The notes under the pieces: model-generated
What the model was told of the DNA's origin: nothing
What the model saw: only the letters and a program-made list of their open reading frames with translations
Databases searched by the model: none
Made by a program: the position numbers and the translations under genes
In this document: in pieces, positions 56,196 to 60,583 of the stretch
Layout of the letters: each line of letters starts with the position of its first letter
How positions within the stretch are numbered: the first letter of the stretch is position 1
DNA from: Candidatus Anderseniibacteriota bacterium
GTDB taxonomy: Bacteria > Patescibacteriota > Andersenbacteria > UBA10190
Assembly: GCA_040876835.1 (NCBI GenBank)
Contig: JBBDOX010000014.1
Span: forward strand, 1-60,583
Reading direction: 5' to 3'
Length of the DNA: 60,583 nt

Positions 56196-58838
56196 ATGTT
56201 CAATACAAAACTTGAATTTCCACTTCATTGGTTTTCACACCGTAAAGCTAAGCAGTACATACTTTCACCCGACGGTAGAGCTGTGAGTTTTGTCTTACTT
56301 GTGGTCATCACCTTTTTTATTACCAGATGGATTTTTGCGGGGGCGTGGTTCAACAATGACTTAGTAATTATTACTACACCATTGGAAAATTTATATGCTC
56401 ATCTTCAACGTTCAGGCCAATCGCCACTTTGGGCACCGGAACTAGCGGGCGGGTATCCACTGTTTGCTACAGGACAGCTCGGGTTTTGGTATCCGCCCCA
56501 CATGCTATTGCGACAGTTTTTACCTGCAGTATGGACACTTAACTTATCTATGCTGCTTCATAGTCTCTTAGCCGCAGCGGGAGCCTTTATTTTCTTTAGA
56601 ATAAATAAGGTTAATAGAAGTGCGGGAGTTGTTGGTGCATTACTTTTACCTCTTGGGGGCGCATTTATAGGAAAGTATGAAATGGTTAATTTAATACTTC
56701 CATTTACTTGGGTTCCTCTTCTTCTATTATTTCTTCAACTTTTTATTGAGCGAGGACGGCTCGCTTTCCTTTTTTATTGGATCATAGCAAACACCTTATG
56801 TGTTTTAATGGGGCATCCTCAAATGACAGTCCAAATCTTCATCTTAGAAGCAATTTTTGTATTAGGCTCTCTTGCTCTGGACTGGAAACGATGGTTGCGA
56901 GCCCTTGTGGTTTTGACTGGAGCCTTTCTTGTAGTTGGTTTAGCGTCTTTCTACTTGTTACCTATTATTGACAACTTCTCCGTCACTGATAGAGCCCAAG
57001 GTATTGGTGCAGACAAAGATGGATTATTTGAATTCAGCTTTACTCTCGAGGCACTAAAGGGAATAATCTTGCCACATCCGTTTGGACATGGTGACCAATA
57101 TCAAGGACCAAAAAATGAAGCCGAACTTTCTAGTTACCTTGGCCCATTTGCCATTCTTTTTGCACTCTTTGGATTATTCGTGGGTAGAAAAAAGTTTCCT
57201 ACCATGTGGCTGTTTTCTGTATTCATGCTGGTTATTGGTATATCGCTTGCATTAGGCGGTGACTCTCCCATATATCGTTGGCTGGTCAATGTTGGTTGGC
57301 GGTACTTTAACGCTCCAGCTCGCTTCTTTTTGCTTGCTAATTTTGGATTAGTATTTTTAGCAGCTATTGGTTTCCATTTCATAGCAAGCAAAATTACTCG
57401 TAATTATATGCAGAAAATTGTTATAGGGTTACTGACTGCAGGAACTATCATTCCCGTATTTTGGGTAGGTTGGTCCTGGTATGATGGGGTGCCTTGGAAA
57501 TATACAAAAGAGCCAATAGCTATAAACATTCTGAAACAGCAGGATGGTCTAGTTCGGGTTTTTTCAAAGGACCGGTTATCCGATATTGCTCCTAACAATA
57601 ATTTCGGCATTATGTTGTGGGACCCCGTTTGCTCAACTTGCTTATATCGACAGACGTTTGTATCTCCATTTGCTGTTATACAAGGCATTAATCTCAAACT
57701 CTCTCATGTTACCGAAGCGGGAACCTTGACCATGAGGCTTTTCAGTAGCGGAGGAGAACAATTACGTGAGACTTCATTACCTGCCCATAATGTTATTGAT
57801 AGTGAGTGGAGCACGTTTTCTTTTCAGCCGCTAGATAATGTACTTAATCAATCATTATATTTTGAAATTACATCTGACATAATAAAGAAGCAGGCGCCAC
57901 GTCTTGCTATTCATACAAATCCCAACGATGAACAATATGATCCTACTGGTTTGCTCTTCTCCTGCAAAAACGGTTTTTGCGAGCCAATCAAGGCAGATTC
58001 GCAAACGGTAGATGCGGCTTTTGCAATACTTACTTCACAAACTAGAGCGATAAAAGGGTACGAACTACTTACACCTTACATACCAGCAGGTTATGGAATT
58101 GGCAGCGCTCAATGGACAGGCTCTCTAGGCATTCTCGATGTTCAAAACTACCTAAAGCCATTTGGTGAGAGAGGCTCAGGATCCGCTTGGCAAGAAAATC
58201 GTTCATTAGTAAACCGTTTTCCTATCACTCACGTCATCGGTCTTTTCCCACCGCATCGAGGCGCAACAAACTTAGTTGATTTTACGGAAATTTCCTCAAT
58301 TCCGATTGATGATAAGTTTATCCGTCTATATCAGAACAATGAGGCTTTCCCAAGGGTATATTTTGTTGAAAACGTGAAGGCAATTTCTGGCAGCTTAGAG
58401 CAACGAATTGCATTATCAAAAATTAATCCCCAAGATGAGAAAACTGTGGTAGCTGATATACCCAGTGATACTGATTATGCTTCGGGCGGTGTTATTAATT
58501 CCGTTTACGACAAGCGAAGCCGAGTTATAATTCAAACCAGCAACTTATCTGATGGTTTTCTAGTAATGCGAGATATTCTATTGCCTGGTTGGACGGCGAT
58601 AGTTGATAACAATGCAGTTCCGATTCATTTAACCGATAGCCTGTTTCGTGGAATTTCCGTGCCGGCCGGAGAGCACAAAGTGATATTTGAATATAAGCCA
58701 AGTTGGGTAAAGATTGCCACCTCGTTAGGGATTATATCCTTAGTTATCCTTACCGTTCTGGGATATTTTAGCCTCAGGGGAGCTACTGTGTGGCGCTTGC
58801 CGCAGCGAATTAGAGATAGCCGAAAGAGGTTTATATAG
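56196..58838 (+). CDS. YfhO-family polytopic membrane protein (putative lipid-linked glycosyl transferase)
   Basis: 880 aa with many TM helices. N-terminal SPLWAPELAGGYPLF motif and a large extracytoplasmic C-terminal half with a final TM helix. Confidence 0.65.
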   Translation: MFNTKLEFPLHWFSHRKAKQYILSPDGRAVSFVLLVVITFFITRWIFAGAWFNNDLVIITTPLENLYAHLQRSGQSPLWAPELAGGYPLFATGQLGFWYPPHMLLRQFLPAVWTLNLSMLLHSLLAAAGAFIFFRINKVNRSAGVVGALLLPLGGAFIGKYEMVNLILPFTWVPLLLLFLQLFIERGRLAFLFYWIIANTLCVLMGHPQMTVQIFILEAIFVLGSLALDWKRWLRALVVLTGAFLVVGLASFYLLPIIDNFSVTDRAQGIGADKDGLFEFSFTLEALKGIILPHPFGHGDQYQGPKNEAELSSYLGPFAILFALFGLFVGRKKFPTMWLFSVFMLVIGISLALGGDSPIYRWLVNVGWRYFNAPARFFLLANFGLVFLAAIGFHFIASKITRNYMQKIVIGLLTAGTIIPVFWVGWSWYDGVPWKYTKEPIAINILKQQDGLVRVFSKDRLSDIAPNNNFGIMLWDPVCSTCLYRQTFVSPFAVIQGINLKLSHVTEAGTLTMRLFSSGGEQLRETSLPAHNVIDSEWSTFSFQPLDNVLNQSLYFEITSDIIKKQAPRLAIHTNPNDEQYDPTGLLFSCKNGFCEPIKADSQTVDAAFAILTSQTRAIKGYELLTPYIPAGYGIGSAQWTGSLGILDVQNYLKPFGERGSGSAWQENRSLVNRFPITHVIGLFPPHRGATNLVDFTEISSIPIDDKFIRLYQNNEAFPRVYFVENVKAISGSLEQRIALSKINPQDEKTVVADIPSDTDYASGGVINSVYDKRSRVIIQTSNLSDGFLVMRDILLPGWTAIVDNNAVPIHLTDSLFRGISVPAGEHKVIFEYKPSWVKIATSLGIISLVILTVLGYFSLRGATVWRLPQRIRDSRKRFI

Positions 58839-58879
58839 GCATGTAAAGATCGCACCTATTGTGTACTGATAGAATATAA

Positions 58880-58901
58880 GCTGATACGTCAGTGTATCAG
58901 C
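58880..58901. terminator. Hairpin between the convergent genes
   Basis: 8-bp stem gctgatac/gtatcagc; no clean U-run. Confidence 0.35.
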
Positions 58902-58907
58902 GCTCTA

Positions 58908-60583
58908 TTACCAGATAAGCTTCCGCAAGAGTCCGTACCACATTATAGCTATAATACTTCCCAACACCGTTATCCATGCTCCCCACCACATTATTTGTGG
59001 CTGATACTCTAATACAAGTGTTTGTGTACCTTCGGAAATCGGAACTGATACTAGTCCATTGAATGATTCTGGTTGAATGTCCCCAGTGCTTTTCCATCCA
59101 GCATCATAGTTTTGATTCAGTACAATTCGATCTTTAGTCGATGTCGTCGCAGCGATAGTCAATATTCCTGGTTTTAAACTGTATTCGAGAATTTTTCCTC
59201 CATTGACTAGCCATACCTCGCCATTATAGGGCTTCAGAGGATCAGAGCTATCAAATGCCCGCGTATGCGGATCTGGTTGATAGTGGCGGCACAGATCATT
59301 TGTTCCCATGTTTTCTAAATACGAAATGTATCCTACTTTGTAATACTTCCCATCCAAGACATCTTTCTTTGTGTATGACGCTGATGTCCGTTGAAATTGT
59401 TCACTGCGAGCAACTGCCGGCAGCGGAAGTGTAAATTTTTGAGAAAAAAGCTGCAGATCATACATTACCAGATCAACTGCTGCGATAAGGAGAATAATAC
59501 CAAGGCCGAGACGAACGGTGCGACCCCAACGTATTCGTTGAGTGCGTTGCCACAAGACCTGCGCCGCATATGCGGCCAAAAGAGATATCCCTATAACCGG
59601 AAAAATCATCAGTCGGCTTGGCATTCGGAGAAGGTCTACCACTGAAGCAAACAGACCATCAGTTGCCGGAATATGTGTAAAAACTAGCACGAGTAATACC
59701 AAAGATGCCAGTAGCGTTCCACCATATAAGGAGGGAGCTGGTAATAATTTTCTGCGCGTCCACACCATTATCCCTCCGGTCAATGCCAAGAGAAAGGGAA
59801 TAACACCCATATAATTTGCAAATTCTGACCACCGATAGTTAATTCCGTCTTGTTCAAGCGCAGGCAGGTGCTTTCGTGTCAATAACATGTCAGGAAGTAA
59901 GGAAAGTGAGGGAACTAACCCCAAACGAGAACTTTGAATATCTAGTTGGTCCAATACTGGCAACAGTTTTACTGCTCCTAGAATAACTGCGAATAAAAGA
60001 ACGAGGGCAAGCGTAGTCAACGGATGAATTACCCTTTTCTTGTAAGATATAGTCGCAGCAATAATAGTCAGAAACATGGCGGAATAAAACACAAGGTGCA
60101 TTGTCCCACTCCCAAATATCCAAGCCGCCATAAGCCCCGCAACGGGAATAAAGGCGGGGCGGGTGAAGCTTTTCAGCGTGAACAGTATAAACCAAGGAAC
60201 CCACGCCGCTCCTATCCAAACAACATATCCCTCCGCTAAATGCTGCGAGAGGTATGCGGTGAATGATACGAGGAAAGCAAACACTATTGCCCCAAGAGTG
60301 TTTAATCGTAGGGATGTTTTTGCCAGGACGCCAAATCCAATAAAGCTTAAAGCAAGCGCAGCGGTGTAGGAGAGCTTGAGGGCAACTGGGGCTGAAAAAG
60401 GCAAGGTAAGAATGGCAAGGGGTTGAAATAACCACTGTTCAATATCTCCCCATAATGGAGCACCTCCGCACATATATGGCTGCCAGAGCGGCAATCGTCC
60501 GTCTATAAGCTGTTCTCGAGCTGTGGCGAAAAAAATAAGTCCTCTGTTTATATCTCCGTGAGCACTAATACTATTAAGGGGCA
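58908..60583 (-). CDS. YfhO-like polytopic membrane protein, 5' end beyond the window
   Basis: The frame stays open upstream of the track start (TTG 60494) through to position 60583. PLWQPYMCGGAPLW parallels the motif in the convergent paralogue. Confidence 0.6.
   Translation of the reverse strand, partial: PLNSISAHGDINRGLIFFATAREQLIDGRLPLWQPYMCGGAPLWGDIEQWLFQPLAILTLPFSAPVALKLSYTAALALSFIGFGVLAKTSLRLNTLGAIVFAFLVSFTAYLSQHLAEGYVVWIGAAWVPWFILFTLKSFTRPAFIPVAGLMAAWIFGSGTMHLVFYSAMFLTIIAATISYKKRVIHPLTTLALVLLFAVILGAVKLLPVLDQLDIQSSRLGLVPSLSLLPDMLLTRKHLPALEQDGINYRWSEFANYMGVIPFLLALTGGIMVWTRRKLLPAPSLYGGTLLASLVLLVLVFTHIPATDGLFASVVDLLRMPSRLMIFPVIGISLLAAYAAQVLWQRTQRIRWGRTVRLGLGIILLIAAVDLVMYDLQLFSQKFTLPLPAVARSEQFQRTSASYTKKDVLDGKYYKVGYISYLENMGTNDLCRHYQPDPHTRAFDSSDPLKPYNGEVWLVNGGKILEYSLKPGILTIAATTSTKDRIVLNQNYDAGWKSTGDIQPESFNGLVSVPISEGTQTLVLEYQPQIMWWGAWITVLGSIIAIMWYGLLRKLIW

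Noticed and set aside
1-60583. CRISPR arrays, IS elements, integrases, prophage genes, rRNA operons, and direct repeats flanking the GC-rich inserts
   Set aside because: None were seen on reading the window. The only obvious tandem repetition is the in-frame TSP3-like repeat at 7852-8100. A computational repeat search was not possible, so short or degenerate repeats may have been missed.

Overview
This 60.6-kb window is a chromosomal core segment. It most resembles a reduced-genome CPR/Patescibacteria-type bacterium. That placement is an inference from three things: no L30 gene between rpsE and rplO, a CPR-style T4SS-pilin-like small membrane protein, and many envelope and nucleic-acid-salvage genes.

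Gene content, left to right:
- A TrmB-family regulator, then pth, an LCP protein, lepB, hisS, a HIT protein, rpsU, ybeY, dgkA, ftsA-ftsZ, a split comEC, ndk, tRNA-Pro and rpmB.
- The str/S10/spc ribosomal block: rpsL-rpsG-fusA ... tuf-rpsJ ... rplC through rplO, then secY-adk-map.
- ruvX, uppS, and a galT/GT2/DUF368 envelope operon.
- A glycolysis cluster (tpiA-fba-pfkB-gap-pgk, then eno), dinB, recJ and rnhA.
- RNase P RNA, then a WbaP-like transferase and two convergent YfhO-like membrane proteins.

I saw no rRNA, CRISPR array, transposase or integrase.

Items most worth a second look:
1. A free-standing, about 0.5-kb, densely structured non-coding locus (about 978-1492). It has its own promoter and intrinsic terminator, and I cannot assign it to any RNA class.
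2. Five to six genes with visibly G/C-ending codons and canonical GGAGG-type ribosome binding sites, set into a genome whose own genes mostly lack Shine-Dalgarno (SD) sequences. Two of them break normally invariant junctions: fusA|tuf and rpsJ|rplC.
3. Recurrent TATACT-N6-start architecture, which suggests leaderless mRNAs.
4. A perfect 9-nt SD upstream of rpsU, separated from the AUG by a stable hairpin.

All functional calls rest on motif recognition by eye. No database search or computation was run.
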